Assembly (NCBI RefSeq): GCF_036971445.1
Contig: NC_091469.1
Span: 151,900,001 to 151,964,000, forward strand
Direction: 5' to 3'
Source of the DNA: Narcine bancroftii
Lineage: Eukaryota
Length of the DNA: 64,000 nt
Shown here: piece by piece, positions 48,685 to 61,612 of the stretch
Layout of the letters: every line of letters begins with the position of its first letter
Position numbering within the stretch: the first letter of the stretch is position 1
Translations under genes and position numbers: made by a program
The notes under the pieces: model-generated
Told to the model about the DNA's origin: nothing
What the model saw: only the letters and a program-made list of their open reading frames with translations
Databases searched by the model: none

Positions 48685-49157
48685 ACAGACACAGGAGGAG
48701 AAATAGGCTACTCAGCCCACCAAATCTGCCCCACCATTCAAACATAAGCTGATCCATTTTCCCACCCAGCCCCACTGTCCAGCCTTCTCCCTATTACCTT
48801 GATGCCCTCCCTAGCTAATCAAAACCCTGTCAATCTCTGCATGAAATGCACCCAATGGCTTAGCCTCCACAACTGCCTGTGGCAACAAATTCCACAGATT
48901 CACCACGCTCTGGCTTCAGAAATTCTTCCACATTACTGTTTTAAGTGGACACCCTTCACTCCTGAAGCTGTGCCCTCTTGTCCTAGACTCTCCTACCAGA
49001 GGAAATAATCTTTCTACATCTATTCTGTCCATGCCTTTCAACATTTGAAATGATTCAATGAGATTTCCCCCCCCCCCCCCCACCCCCATTTCTTCATATG
49101 ACAATCCTTTCATTCCTGGAATCATCCTTGTAAACCTCCTTTGAACCCTCTCTAACG
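48685..49157 (-). mobile_element. CR1 LINE 3' fragment
   Basis: MIPGMKGLSYEE...LIE.FQMLKGMDRIDVERLFPLVGESRTRGH on the minus strand. Confidence 0.88.
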
Positions 49158-49524
49158 TGAACCCTCTCTAACGTTAACACGTCTTTTCTTAAGCAAGGAC
49201 TCTGCTCATTCTCCTTGTATCACTAAACCCAGTAATATTTTGATTTACTGTAACACTGCACCCTCAAATTTTGATCCACTGAACTTAAAAATTAGTTAAC
49301 TTGCCTGGATGGCACACAAAATAAAGCTTTTTCACCAACTTGGTACGTGACAATAAACAATTTAACTTATTGCTCCAAACACAAAAGAATCAAGTTCAAC
49401 TAGCCCAGATCTGACTGAGAATCCAAACCAGTTCTTCCTCAAACAGGAGCTCCAGCCAATCCATTGCCCAAAACCAAGCTCTCCAGTGCAAGATTAGCTG
49501 AGCAGTTGAATGATTATATGCTTA

Positions 49525-49758
<234 letters not shown>

Positions 49759-50229
49759 TCAGCACCAGTTCACATTTTTTTTACGATTTTACACAAATTA
49801 GTTCATTATCTGGGTCACACTGATTTTAATAGTTTTTCCGATATAATTTAAACCATGTCAAAATATTCATCAGGATGTAATTAATACTCTTTTTCTGTCT
49901 CATTTATACAACTGTAGTTGTTGCATCTTATGTAGCCCGTGTGGCTGAAACAAGTATCAGAATTTCAGGGCACCTGCACACTTGTGTATATGGACAATAA
50001 GCTCTCGTATCATTGATTCACAGAACAAGACAGCATTTTGCCCTCATTTAAATGAGCCGCTGGATATACAAGATGAGAGCAGAATGATGGGAGCTGCACA
50101 TGACCAAAAATTGGTCGAACAAGACTAATATGACCAATAGCTCACGACAGTGCTGTAAAATTGGCATGAAACCTGCACAACATTGAAATAATTCAATAAA
50201 ATTCAATGGAGGAATTTTCGGGGGAAGTG

Positions 50230-53200
50230 GCAGACATTGACAAGATAAAGTGGGCGAAGTCAGTATGGTTTCGTTCAGGGGAGATCTCGCTTGACAAATC
50301 TGTTGGAATTCTTCGAGAAAGTAACAAGCAGATCAGATGAAGGAGAGACAGTGGATGTTGTTTACTTGGAACAAGGTGTTGCACAGACGACTAAAGAAAA
50401 TAGGAGTGCATGGTATGACAGGAAAGGGTCTAGCATGGATAGAAAATTGGCTTACGGGCATATAGCAAAGAGTGGGAACAGGGATCCTTTTCTGGATGGC
50501 TGGTGGTGACCAGTGGTGTTCTGCAGAGGTTGATCTTGGGTCCACTACTGTTCATGTTTCTAAATAATTCAGATCAGCTATTCTAAAGCTTTTTTTTTGG
50601 ATATGCCTCTGCTCAGAGTTTATGAGCCCCCTTCCCTGTGAAGCAGTTAAGTTTAATTGATTTCTCCTGTATTTCTCTACTACCAACTCCATAAAAAACA
50701 AAAAATATTTAGGGTTTCAGTCTGTGAGCCCCCACTTAAGTATGCTGTGGGCTCCAGGGTTAAAAAAAAGGGGGGGAGTGTATGGGCCAGTTAAGAATGG
50801 CTGATTTAAATGATGGTATCGATGGAAGCAGAGAGTCTGCATAGGAATTTGGACAAGTTGAGAGAATGGGCTAAGTGACAGATGGAATAGAGTATAAGGA
50901 AGTGTATGGTCATGCACTTTGGTCGAAGGAATAAAGGCATAGATTATTTGATATCAGAAAATGGAGGTCCAAAGGGACTTGGGAGAACTGGTGCAAGATT
51001 TCCTGAAGATTAACTTGTAGGTTGAGTTGGAAGGCCAATGCAACATTGGCATTCATTTTGCGAGGATTAAAATATAAAAGCAAAGGGTGGCATGGTTGGC
51101 AAGTGGTCAGGGCGGCACAATTGGTGGAGCAGTTAGCACAATGCCTTTACAGAACCAGCGATCAGGACCAGGGTTTGAATCCTGCACTGTCTGTAAAGAG
51201 TTTGTAAGTTCTCCCCGTGTCTGCGCGAGTTTCCTCCAGGTTCTCTGGTTTCCTCCCACCATTCAAAAATGTACCAGAGTGTAGGTTAATAGGGTGTAAT
51301 TGGGTGGCATGGACTTGTGGGCTGAAATGGCCTGTTACCGTGCTGTATGTGTAAATTTAAATTTAGATGTATTGTTGATGCATTGATCCAAGGAAGGATT
51401 TGCTGGATGGAGAGGGTCTAGAGGAGGCTTACAATAATGATCTTGGGGATGAAATGGTTAGTGTATGAAGAATATTTAATGGCTCCAGGCCTGGACTTGC
51501 AAGAGTTTAGAAGGATGAGAGATCTCATTGAAATATACCAAATATTGAAAGAGCCAGATAGAGTGGGCGTGAAAATATTTCCAGGACCCAAGGGTACAGC
51601 ATCAGAATAAAAGGATGTCCCTTTAGAGCAAAGACAAGGAGAAATTTCTTCTGCCAGAAGTTAGTGAATCTGTGGAATTCTTGCCACACATGGATGTGGA
51701 ACATTTAAAGCAGAGGTTGATAGATTCTTGATTAATGAATGCATCAAACATTACAGGGAGGAGGCAGGAAAATGGGGTTGAAAGGAATAATACATTATTG
51801 ATGATTTGAATAGTGGAGCAGACTTGATGGGCTGAATGGTTGAATTCTATTATTTTTTAGTGTCTTATTTAACATCATTTGCCATAGATTGGAAGGTGGC
51901 TAATGCAGTAGACGAATGAACCCATAATTCAATTTAGACATTTAGCACGGTAACAGGCCCTTCCAGCCCTTGCTGCCCAATCACACCCAATTGTCCTACA
52001 ACCCAGGTACATTTTGAACAGTGGGAAGAAACCCACGCAAAAAGAGGAGAATGTACAAACTCCTTACACATAGCGCCGGATGGGAAACCCAGTCACTGGC
52101 ACTGTAACAGCACTGCACTATGCTAACTGTGTCACCCAGAAGTAGGAAAGACACTGGAGGAGATCCTGTAGGACAATCTACAGGCATTTAGGAAAGGTAA
52201 TGACAGGCATGGGATTTTCAGCATGGATTTGTGCCCAAGTAATTGCATCTCAAAAATTTGCTTGAATTTTTTTTTGAAAGGATTGACAAGCACGGTGTCT
52301 ACGTGGATTTTAACAAGGCTTATCAGGAAGGTCATATCACATGGGATCCAGAAAGAGCTTGTCAATTAGACAGAAAGTAGGTATGGAGGAATCAGAGGTT
52401 GTTGGTGGGAGGTTGTGCTCAGATTGGAGACCTTGGACCAGCAGTGTGTACAGGGATCAGCAGTGAGTCCATTCTTGTTTATCATCTGTATTACAATTGG
52501 GATCAGAAGGCAGTGAGCAAGTTTGCAGGTCACACCAAAACTGGTGGCATAGAAGACAGTGAAAAAGGTAATCTAAGATTACAAAAGTATCTAGATCAAC
52601 TGGTGGGAGGGAGGGAGGGAGTGGCAGATGGAATTTTGAGCCTAGAAATGTACAGCACAGGAATAGGCCCTTCAGCCCACATTTCTGTGTTAAACATGTC
52701 CAAATTACTCTAAAACTGCTCATTGGACTTGATAAGATATCCCTTCATATTTGTGTGCCTATCTGGAAGCCTCTTAAATGCTGCTATTGAACCTGCTTCC
52801 AACACTCTTCCTGGCAGCTTGTTCCAAGTTCTTACCACTCACGATGTAAATATTTGCCTCACATGTCTCCTTTAAACTCAGACAAGTGCAAAATATTGCA
52901 CTGTGTTTAAGTTTAACCAGGGCAGGTCTTGAACAGTAAATGGCAGAGCCCTTTAGAGTGTTATAGAACAGGGAGACTTACAGGTCCAGGAAAATGGTTT
53001 CCTGAAGAGGCGACATAAGGAGAGAGAGGTGAAGGAGGCACTTGGCATCGGTCAGAACAGTAAGTGCAAGAGCACCTGTAAGAACTTCAGTAAATCTGTA
53101 CTTCCTACTTGTGTATGATGTAATAAATTCTTATCTTAAGAGTTGGAAAATCATGTCACAACAGCACAAAAATATTGGTTCAGTACCCTCAAAGTAATGG

Positions 53201-54165
53201 GCACAGTTCAGGTGGCCAATCAAAATGAAAGAGGTCACTGAGCAAGAACGGGAGGCACAGTTAGCGCAATGCTGTTACAGAACTAGTGACCCAGGTTCTG
53301 ATCCCAAGGTGCCTGAAAGGAGTTTGTACATTCTCCTCGTGTCTGTGCTGGTTTCCTCTGGGTGCTCCGGCTTCCTCCCACCCTCGAAAACATATGTGGG
53401 TTGTAGGTCAGTTGGATATAATTGGGCACCATGGGCTTGTGGGCCGGAAGGGCCTATTTTATAGTGCTGTACATATAGTGCCTGCCACATTGACCACCGC
53501 CAGTGGGCTGATATCGCCTCAAACCGTGCATCTTGGCGCCTCACAGTTCGGCGGGCAGCAACCTCCTTTGACGAAGACCGCAGAGCCCACCTCACTGACA
53601 AAAGGCAAAGGAGGAAAAACCCAACACCCAACCCACCAATTTTCCCCTGCAGCCACTGCAACTGTGTCTGCCTGTCCCGCATCGGACTTATCAGCCACAA
53701 ACGAGCCTGCAGCTGACGTGGACTTTTTTACCCCCTCCATAAATCTTCGTCCGCGAAGCCAAGCCAAAGAAGAAGAACATCTAAATTTAAAATCAGGTTC
53801 AATGATGTAACCAGGGTTACAAGGAAAGACTGGATTGATTAGAATGTGTTTTTTTTTCCCTTGAGTATGAGAGGGGGGAACCATGAAAGTTTATAAAACC
53901 ATGAGAAGCCTTGTTAAGGATAATGGTCACAATCTTTTTCTAATTTTTCCACACTGTGGTTCTTAGTTATGTAGAATTAGCAGTCGATGTGGGTATAATT
54001 ACATCATTTAAAAGACATTTAGACAAGTGCATGGATAGGAAAGCTTTGGAGTGATCTAGGCCAAACACAGACAAATGAGACTAGCTCAGGTGGGCAACTT
54101 GGCTCGCCTTGATGAGTTGGGCTGAAGGGCCTGTTTCCGTGCTGGACAACTAACTCTATGACTGT
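50230..54165 (+). mobile_element. Cluster of fragmented CR1 LINEs with nested SINEs and an RTE tail (53477-53776)
   Basis: CR1 RT pieces (LTNLLEFFEKVT...VDVVYL; SKFA..TK.GG) broken by SINEs; RTE 3' end ...GCGAAGCCAAGCCAAAGAAGAAGAA inserted in a SINE tail. Confidence 0.8.
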
Positions 54166-54298
54166 AAAGGGCCATTAGTCTTTTCCTGCTCTTGTACTTT
54201 ATGGGCACGAAAGTGAAATGAACCCTGAATTTTATGTAGTTTTGTGCAATTAAAACAAGATCACATTCATTTTTGCTGGAGATTTCAAATAACCTTAC

Positions 54299-54437
54299 CA
54301 CGTAATCGCAGAACAGAATGAGGGCGCCTCTTCGAACAATTTCCCTGTTGCACATGCCCGGGTTAGAAGCTGATTTTGAATCCCCATTTTCAGATATCTG
54401 AAGACTCAGCAGCTTAGTGCTAGACAAGCTATGTCTT
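54299..54437 (-). CDS. HTT: Huntingtin coding exon ~42 (139 nt)
   Basis: [13 protein letters not shown]...[20 protein letters not shown]; acceptor tttctgcag|, donor |gtaagg. Confidence 0.97.
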
Positions 54438-56148
54438 CTGCAGAAAGAAGATAAGATAGCAAGGTTTATTTTTTTTCTTACAGATCAAATCTTTCCTCAA
54501 AATAGGATTTCAGGCTTTGACCATCAGCTATAAATCACATTGCAAAAAATACTTTCAAGGTTACAATCATGGCTTTTAAAAACATGATGCACAGAAAATT
54601 GTTTATTTCTGTTTTCCCACAAACAGGTGCCACTAGTCCAGTGCTCCAAGAAAGAGCAGCAAAGGGGCTCTCTCAGACATTGCGTGTCTGGTCCGTGCAT
54701 CCATCCACTTCTTCCAATGCCACTGCCTCATACGCTCCTAAAAGCCCTTTACCCACATGGCCTCTGCCTGTTCCAGCAGTGAGACCAAGCTCTGGGCGTC
54801 CAAGTTACCTTCCAAACCCCTTATACGATTATGAAGCTATTAACGGCTGCGGCCTCGAGGCTCAGCTCAACATCAGCATCCTTGTGAATCTTGATCTGAA
54901 TACCAGTACCCACAAACCAGATTCTAAGAGCTTGCAGGGAGCCCTTTACCCTCTAAGCTCCTCGCTGGCCTGCTGCTGTGGTCACCTTCCCTGTACGGCT
55001 CTCCCCCAGGCTTCTCCTCTGAAGGGCAGTGTTCTCCTTGCTGGTGCCCTGTGCTAGTCTGCTGATCCCCAGAACCTGCAACCTTTTGGAGCTGAGCTAG
55101 CAATTGTGGGCACCGTGAAGTTAGACGCAGACCACCGAGGTTAAACAAATCACCCCGCCCTCATTCTACAACAGGTACAGGGACGTCAGCATTACAACCG
55201 AAGCAATCAGACCTCATGGAGTGATATTGGAGTGTGCCTCGCTCCTCCCTGGCATGCGCTAGCAATGTTACCAAAGCAGACAGTTTGAGTGATCAGGAAA
55301 GGCTGGGCCATTGTTCCTTGGATTGTAGAAGGCTGAGAAGTGCCCTTATAAACATGAGTGGCATAGACGGGTCAATTGTCACAAGAGGGAAATCTTTCCA
55401 CACAAGGGATAATGAAAAGAGCTGCCAGAGGAAGCTGTAGAGGTCGGTACAATCATGACTTTTAAAAACATGAACACTGCACACAGAAACAAGACTAGGT
55501 CCTGTACGTCCGGTGCTGTGTGTTAGGAGTTTGCACGTTCTCCCCATATCTGTGCAAGTTTTCTCCAGGTTTTCAGATTTCCTTCCACCCTTCAAAAACA
55601 TGCAGGGAGTGCAGGTTAATTGGGCTCGTGGGCCAAAAGGGCCTGTTACCATGCTGTATGTCCAAATTTAAAAGATATAGGCCCTTCACCCCATACAGCT
55701 CGTGCTGAACTATTATTCTGCCGAGTCCCACTGACCAGCAACTAGACCACATTCCGATAACTTGAGTGCCCAGACGGAAAATCAGGTGTTGTTCCTCCAA
55801 TTTACGAGTGGTCTTGGTGGGATAGTGGCACAAGGTCATGGACAGAACTGCAATGGTTGGCTACCGGGGGGATTTCTGTAACTGGTACGGACGAAGCGAA
55901 GGTGCTCAGAGAAGCGATCTCCCAGTCTGCGCACAGTCTCTCCCATGCACCTATTCAAGAAGGAATTTCATGAAGGCAGTTGAAAATCCAGGCATTTCAA
56001 TAGCTACAGGCAGCAGCTGTAGTAGATCCTCTCCATTTTATTCCCACTGTACTAAGAGAGAGATTTTTCATATCCAAAGAGAAGCAAGCACAGAAAACGG
56101 TTTCTGTATTAATCAGGGAGGTAAAACCCTGTCATTTTCTTTACTTAC

Positions 56149-56356
56149 TTTGGTGTCTGATGCACCTCTGACCACCAGCTGTAATTTGTGTAGTTAACAA
56201 GAAGCAAAATCTGGCACCAAAGTAGCACCAGAGATGGATGAGTGGGAATGATGGTTTGAACCAGGTTGTTCAAGGTCTCCAGTGTGTAGAAGCTTCCATC
56301 ACAGTCATTCCCCGTAGTCAACTTAGTGGCAGCTGCAGTGATTCTTCTGAACATTC
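56149..56356 (-). CDS. HTT: Huntingtin coding exon ~41 (208 nt)
   Basis: [12 protein letters not shown]...[31 protein letters not shown]; acceptor ctttctttcag|, donor |gtaagt. Confidence 0.97.
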
Positions 56357-56358
56357 CT

Positions 56359-56670
56359 GAAAGAAAGAAAAACATTGAATTTATGCTCGACACCTTCGAA
56401 CCCCAGGACGTACTTTACAGCCAAGTGAAGTATTTTTGGAAGCAAAAATCATTGTAATGTTGGAAATGCAACACTGAATTTGCGCACAAGTTGACAAAAC
56501 AGCAATGCAATTATAAGCACTGGTTCTTTGCATATTAAAATATACCAAACATTTTATCAAGACACTGAATAGATTATTACTTCTTTTCAAAATAGTATCA
56601 CAGAAGCTTGTAAATCCTCAAAGGAAGATGTGCCACAATGCAATATCACATCTGAATGTTGGCACTAAAG
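56359..56670 (-). mobile_element. Deu-domain SINE 3' half, sense to HTT, abutting the exon 41 acceptor
   Basis: Reverse strand TTTCCAACATTACAA...AAATACTTCACTTGGCTGTAAAG.ACGTCCTGGGG...GAAGGTG...ATAAATTCAATGTTTTTCTTTCTTT|CAG; similar 3' piece at 45751-45840(+). Confidence 0.7.
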
Positions 56671-57273
56671 GTGAAAGGATGTATACCATGAATAGTAGAG
56701 TCTATGTATGAAGGAGCAGAGGGAGCTCAGTATACAAGTCCATAGATATTTCAAGATCGTAACACATGAAGACCAAGTGGCTCATACAACACTGGCCTTC
56801 ATGTATGGGGCATTGAACATAGAGGTAGGGAGGTTATGCTCCAACTTTGTAAAATCTTGGTCAGACCTCAGCTGAAGTAGGAGTGCACACTGATCTGCTC
56901 ACCTAGGTTTTGGAAGGATGTGATAGTGTTGGAGATAGTGCAGAGGAGATTCGCCAGGATGTGACCTGGAATGGAGCAGTTGAGTTATGAGATGCTGAAG
57001 AAACTAAGTCTTCTTCCCAGAGCAGAGGAGGTAAAGAGGGGACACAATTATGGCTACTGATGGGGTAGATTGCAGGAAACATTTTCTCCCATAGAACGAG
57101 AGGACATTGGTTCAGGGTAAATGGGAAGAGATTCAGAGGGGGCATGAGGGGTATCTTATTCATCCAGAGAGTGGAAAGCATTGCCTGAGAGAGTGGATGA
57201 AGCTGGGCTACTGACAATATTTCAGAGAGGACTATGGACCTAATATGGGCAATAGAGTTAATATGGAAGGGTG

Positions 57274-58525
57274 TTAAACATGAAAATCGGCAGATGCTGT
57301 AATTGTGTAAAAACACAGAAATGCTGGAGGAACTCTGCAAATCTTCCAGCATCCATTGGAGTTCAAGATGCATTACCGACGTTTCGGGCCTGAGCCTTTC
57401 CTCAAGGTATGAGTTAAAAACAGACAGACGTCTGTATTAAAAGACTGGTGAAAAGGAAAGAATGGCAGAGGGAAGAGTACAGACCAATAGACAAAAGGTG
57501 TTAATTGTATACGATAAGAGGATAGGAGAGTGGAAAAATGAGAATTGCTTGGGAGAGAGAGATGAGGTTGTTTTTGGCTCTGTGAAAGCAGATAGAAAGG
57601 AGGGGGGAGAGAGAGAGAGAGAGACGAAGAAAGGAAACAGGGAAAGATGGGGGTGTTCTAACAGAAATCAGAGAAGTCAATGTTAATGCCATCTGGTTGG
57701 AGGATTCCCAGATAGAATGCGAAGTGTTGTTCCTCCAATTTGTGGGTGGTCTCAGTTTGCCACAAGACCATGGACAGACATATAGGCAAGGGAATGGGGC
57801 TGGGAATTTAAATGTGTGGCCACTTGGAGGACCCTATTAATGCAGTGGACAGAGCTGAGATGATCCACTAAGTGATCTCCCAATCTGCATCCAGTCTTTC
57901 TGATGTAGAGGTCACCGGTAAGTGACCCCTTCAGATTCACAAGTGATATGTTGGTTCACTTGGAAGGACTGTTTGGGGCCCTGAATGGTGGTGAAGGAGG
58001 CGCTGTGGTGCAAGTGGAACACCTCCTGCGATTACAGGGATTGGTGCCAGGGAGGTGATTGGTGGGAAGGGAAGAGTGGATGAGAGAGAAATGGAAGGAG
58101 CAGTCCAAGAACACAGGTCCGGTGGTGGGATCACGTAGTAGGTGACGGAAATGGCAGAGGATGGCATGCTGGATGTGGGGTCTGGTGCGGTGGTAGGTAA
58201 GGACAAGGGTAATTCTGTCCTTGTTGCGCATGGGGGCAGAAGGAGCCAGCACGGGTGTCCAGGTAATAGAGAATATGTGGGAAATGGCCAAGTTGATGGT
58301 GATAAGAGAACCTATGTTGTTTGAAGAAGGACATCTTTTCTTTCTTGGTCTGTGCTCCTCTCCCTGCCATCCATCCCTTTTCACCAGTCTTTCAATACTG
58401 GTACAGTCTTTATTTTACTAATACCTTGAGAAATGGCTCAGGCCCAAAATGTCAGAAATACATTTTTACCTCCTATGGACATTTTGAGACCTGCTAAGTT
58501 TCTCCAGCATTTCAGTGTTTTTACT
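57274..58525 (-). mobile_element. Penelope-like element with GIY-YIG remnant and inverted pseudo-LTRs
   Basis: NKDRITLVLTYH..., LYI..T.C.LGD.L..H...VATH.N motifs; inverted termini 57280-57455 / 58376-58525; 16-bp flanking direct repeat TTAA(T/C)ATGGAAGGGTG (57258-73, 58526-41). Confidence 0.85.
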
Positions 58526-59049
58526 TTAACATGGAAGGGTGCCTACTAGCCAGTATGGATGAGTAGGATCAAATGACCTGTTTCAATGCTGTGGAAATTT
58601 ATGATTCTACAAAGCAACTCTCCCTCAGTATTAAACTGGAAAATCAATTCAATTCTGCATTCATCTCTTAAGCAGGGCCTGAACCCACACACTCAGAATA
58701 CAGCAGTTTCTGCAGTGCGTCTTTCAAATGAGATACTAAAACCCAAATAGATATTGGAACTGGAACATGTGTCAGCAAAGCTGGGACAAGTTTCAATAAT
58801 GGAAACAGCCTTCCTTGAGATGTACACTTCTTGATGATAATTCAAGCCAAATTACACCAGAGAACCAAAATTACGCTTCCTGAACACTTTTGGGTGTATT
58901 TTATGGATTTTGGGCTACTGATTACGAAAATTACCGTAACATTTCTTATCATTTTTTTTTTAAGATACAACCTATTTTCTTTGGCAAGACACTGACATGG
59001 CTGATTAAAAGGAATCAATTTGTGTCCAGAAACAAGAAATCTCTCACTA

Positions 59050-59409
59050 AAAACCGACAAGAACCTTCCTGAGCGGTAACCATTTACCTTTCAAAAACCA
59101 AGGCCTGCTGAAATTCAGAAACGTTAAATTCTGTGCACAGTCTAAGAATTGCCTGCAACCAGTGAACTTGAAGGAATGAGAAGTGAGAATGAACTGTGAA
59201 TTAAAAAACTTTTCTAAACTTACTCACACATACATGCACTTAGAATTAGAAGGGGGTTAAGCTAGGTTAAGTAAGTTCATAGTAATAAGTTAAAGTTTGA
59301 TCCTGTTTTCATGTTTAAAGATAGTTAAAACCAACTTTTGTCTAAGTAACTATTTGTCTTGGTGGATATCTATTGCTGCTGGGTTTTGGGGTCCTCTGGG
59401 CTCGTAACA
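59050..59409 (+). mobile_element. LTR fragment of the same family as 34451-35202, followed by a Rex1 3' fragment (59410-59850)
   Basis: Shared GGTAACCATTTACC...TATTGCTGCTGGGTTTTGGGGTCCTCTGG.CTCGTAACA. Confidence 0.8.
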
Positions 59410-59976
59410 GAGGTCAATCCACAGGACCATAAAAATGGCAGAGAGGACCACCGCAGTATCCCTACCATTCATGTGATCTATTGGGATCGTTCTCTGAGGA
59501 GGGCACGCACAATTATTGAAGACCCCTTCCACTGTGCACACAGCATCTCTCAGCTGCTCCTGTCAGGGGAGAGATACAGGAAGACCAGAGCCAGCACCAC
59601 CAGGCTGAGGATCAGCTTCTTCCCACAGGCAGTGAGAATGCTGAACGGCCAAAGGAACTACTCACACTAACCAACCCAGACACTAATTTGTACAAAACAA
59701 TATTTATTTTTTATAGATATACTTGTCCTGCATATGTATTATTTGTCTGTCTGTGTGTCATGTCTGGTTGGGTGTCAGCATGTTTTTTCACTGAGGACCG
59801 GGCAACACTCTTTTGTTGGATTGTACTTGTCCAATCAGATAACAATTTTATTTCAGGAAGCAAACCTTTTGGAAGTGTTGTCCAGTGATATTTGTGGTTA
59901 CTAATACTGCACGTCCATGATGACAATTTCATAAGTATTTCAACTGGTTCAGTAAAGTACTGGGGCTGTGTATTAC

Positions 59977-60119
59977 CTGACTTGAAGATGTGTATTAAGC
60001 ACATCAGCAAGGTGCCAACCTGCTGACAATAAAAGGAATGCTGCTGTTCACTCATGGCCACTTTAGGTTGTTTGTTCACAACATCTTCCAGGAGGATCCC
60101 CACCAGCTGCAGTAAGAAC
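59977..60119 (-). CDS. HTT: Huntingtin coding exon ~40 (143 nt)
   Basis: [48 protein letters not shown]; acceptor tctttgttcag|, donor |gtaata; frame continuous with both neighbours. Confidence 0.97.
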
Positions 60120-60724
60120 CTGAACAAAGAAAATGCAACAATCTGCTTCCTGTGTGAAGTGTGCCCAGAAAAGAAAATCGCCAACATTCAGTTGAGGCTG
60201 TTCATGTTAGAAAAAGCCAGCGGATTGTAAACTTCGTAAATTTCAAACAGAACTGTTTAACTGGAAAGTAGTCCATGGCCAATTGGGGCAGTAAATCATA
60301 GATCAAAGATATGGAATAATTGGCAATTAATCTGGTGAACTTTTTTTTTTAAGTTGTATGATCTGTGTTGCAAATAACCTGGAATTAAACTCCAGATCTT
60401 TTTACAGGATGTACGGTTAGCACCACGCTGTTAAGAGCGCCAGCAACCAGGGCTTGAATCCAGCACTGTCGGTAAGGAGTGTGCACATTCTCCTCGTGTC
60501 TTTGTCGGTTTTCTCTGGGTGCTCTGGTTTCCCCCACCTTTAAGATGTACGGGGGTTGTAGGTTAATTGGGCAACATGGGCTTGTGGGCCCTTTTTTTGT
60601 GTCTAAATTAAATTATTTTTTTTAAAGAGAGCAGGTTGAAGCACAATGGAGTATGAAGCTTCTTCTTGTCCAGGTTCTGCCTGGGTTACAAATGGCATTT
60701 AATGGTCAAGATGACCAAGAAGAT

Positions 60725-61612
60725 TGGAGACCAGGACCTGGATTTCAGCAAGGCCTTTAACATGGTAGACTGATCTTGGAAGATTATTTGGGATCCAGGG
60801 TGAGCTGGTTGATTAGATGCAGAATTGGCTGGATGTCAGAGGATTGTTATTCATGTTGGAGATTTGTGACCAGTGACGTGCCACCGGAATTCGTGCTGAA
60901 TCCACTATAGTTTGCCATCTATATAAATGGCTTGAGTGTCAATGTAGTTCGCCTGGTTGGTTTGAGGACAACACCAAAGTTTGTGGTGTCATGGAGAGTG
61001 AAAAAGGTTATCAGAGATTACAACAAGATGCAGATCAACTAGGAAAGTAGACCAAGGAATGGCAGATAGAATGGGGGTTGGGAAGATCTCATTTGGAGGC
61101 TTGTGTGCCATTCTGCTCACCCAGCGATATCAATAAGCCTGAAAGGGTGCTGATCAGATCATGCAAGTAGGTTATTAGGATAATTGGGCTTGAATTTTAT
61201 TGAGACATGGATACCACCTTTCCTCTTGTGGCATTTGAGGCCGGGGACCTTTAAGGTCAACAAAATGATGAGGGATGTAGCTACAATCATAGTCTTTATC
61301 CCTGGGAAGGGAAGTCTCAAATTAATGGGCAGAGATTTAAGGTGAGAGGGGAAAGATTGAAAAGAATCTGAAGGGCATATTTTTCACAATGAAGGTGGTG
61401 AGTAATGAATGACCTGTCAAGAGACACGATGTAGTGAGGGGGTTCAATTGTAATGTTTAAAAGACCAGAGAACCATAAGAACGTAGAAATTTAGATTGGT
61501 GTTTAGATAGGGAATGTTTGGAGAATGTAGGCCAAATGCAGCCAAATAGGATTCTTGGCTCAGCAGCTTGATAGGAATTGATGAATTGGGCTGAAGATTC
61601 CGTTTCTATGTT
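60725..61612 (+). mobile_element. Degraded CR1 LINE
   Basis: GATTTCAGCAAGGCCTTT (DFSKAF), GTGACCAGTG.CGTGCC, CR1 3' UTR motifs. Confidence 0.72.

Noticed and set aside
49142-49173. 16-bp tandem duplication TGAACCCTCTCTAACG (also a 19-bp duplication at ~1358-1395)
   Set aside because: Ordinary slippage duplications within dead elements.
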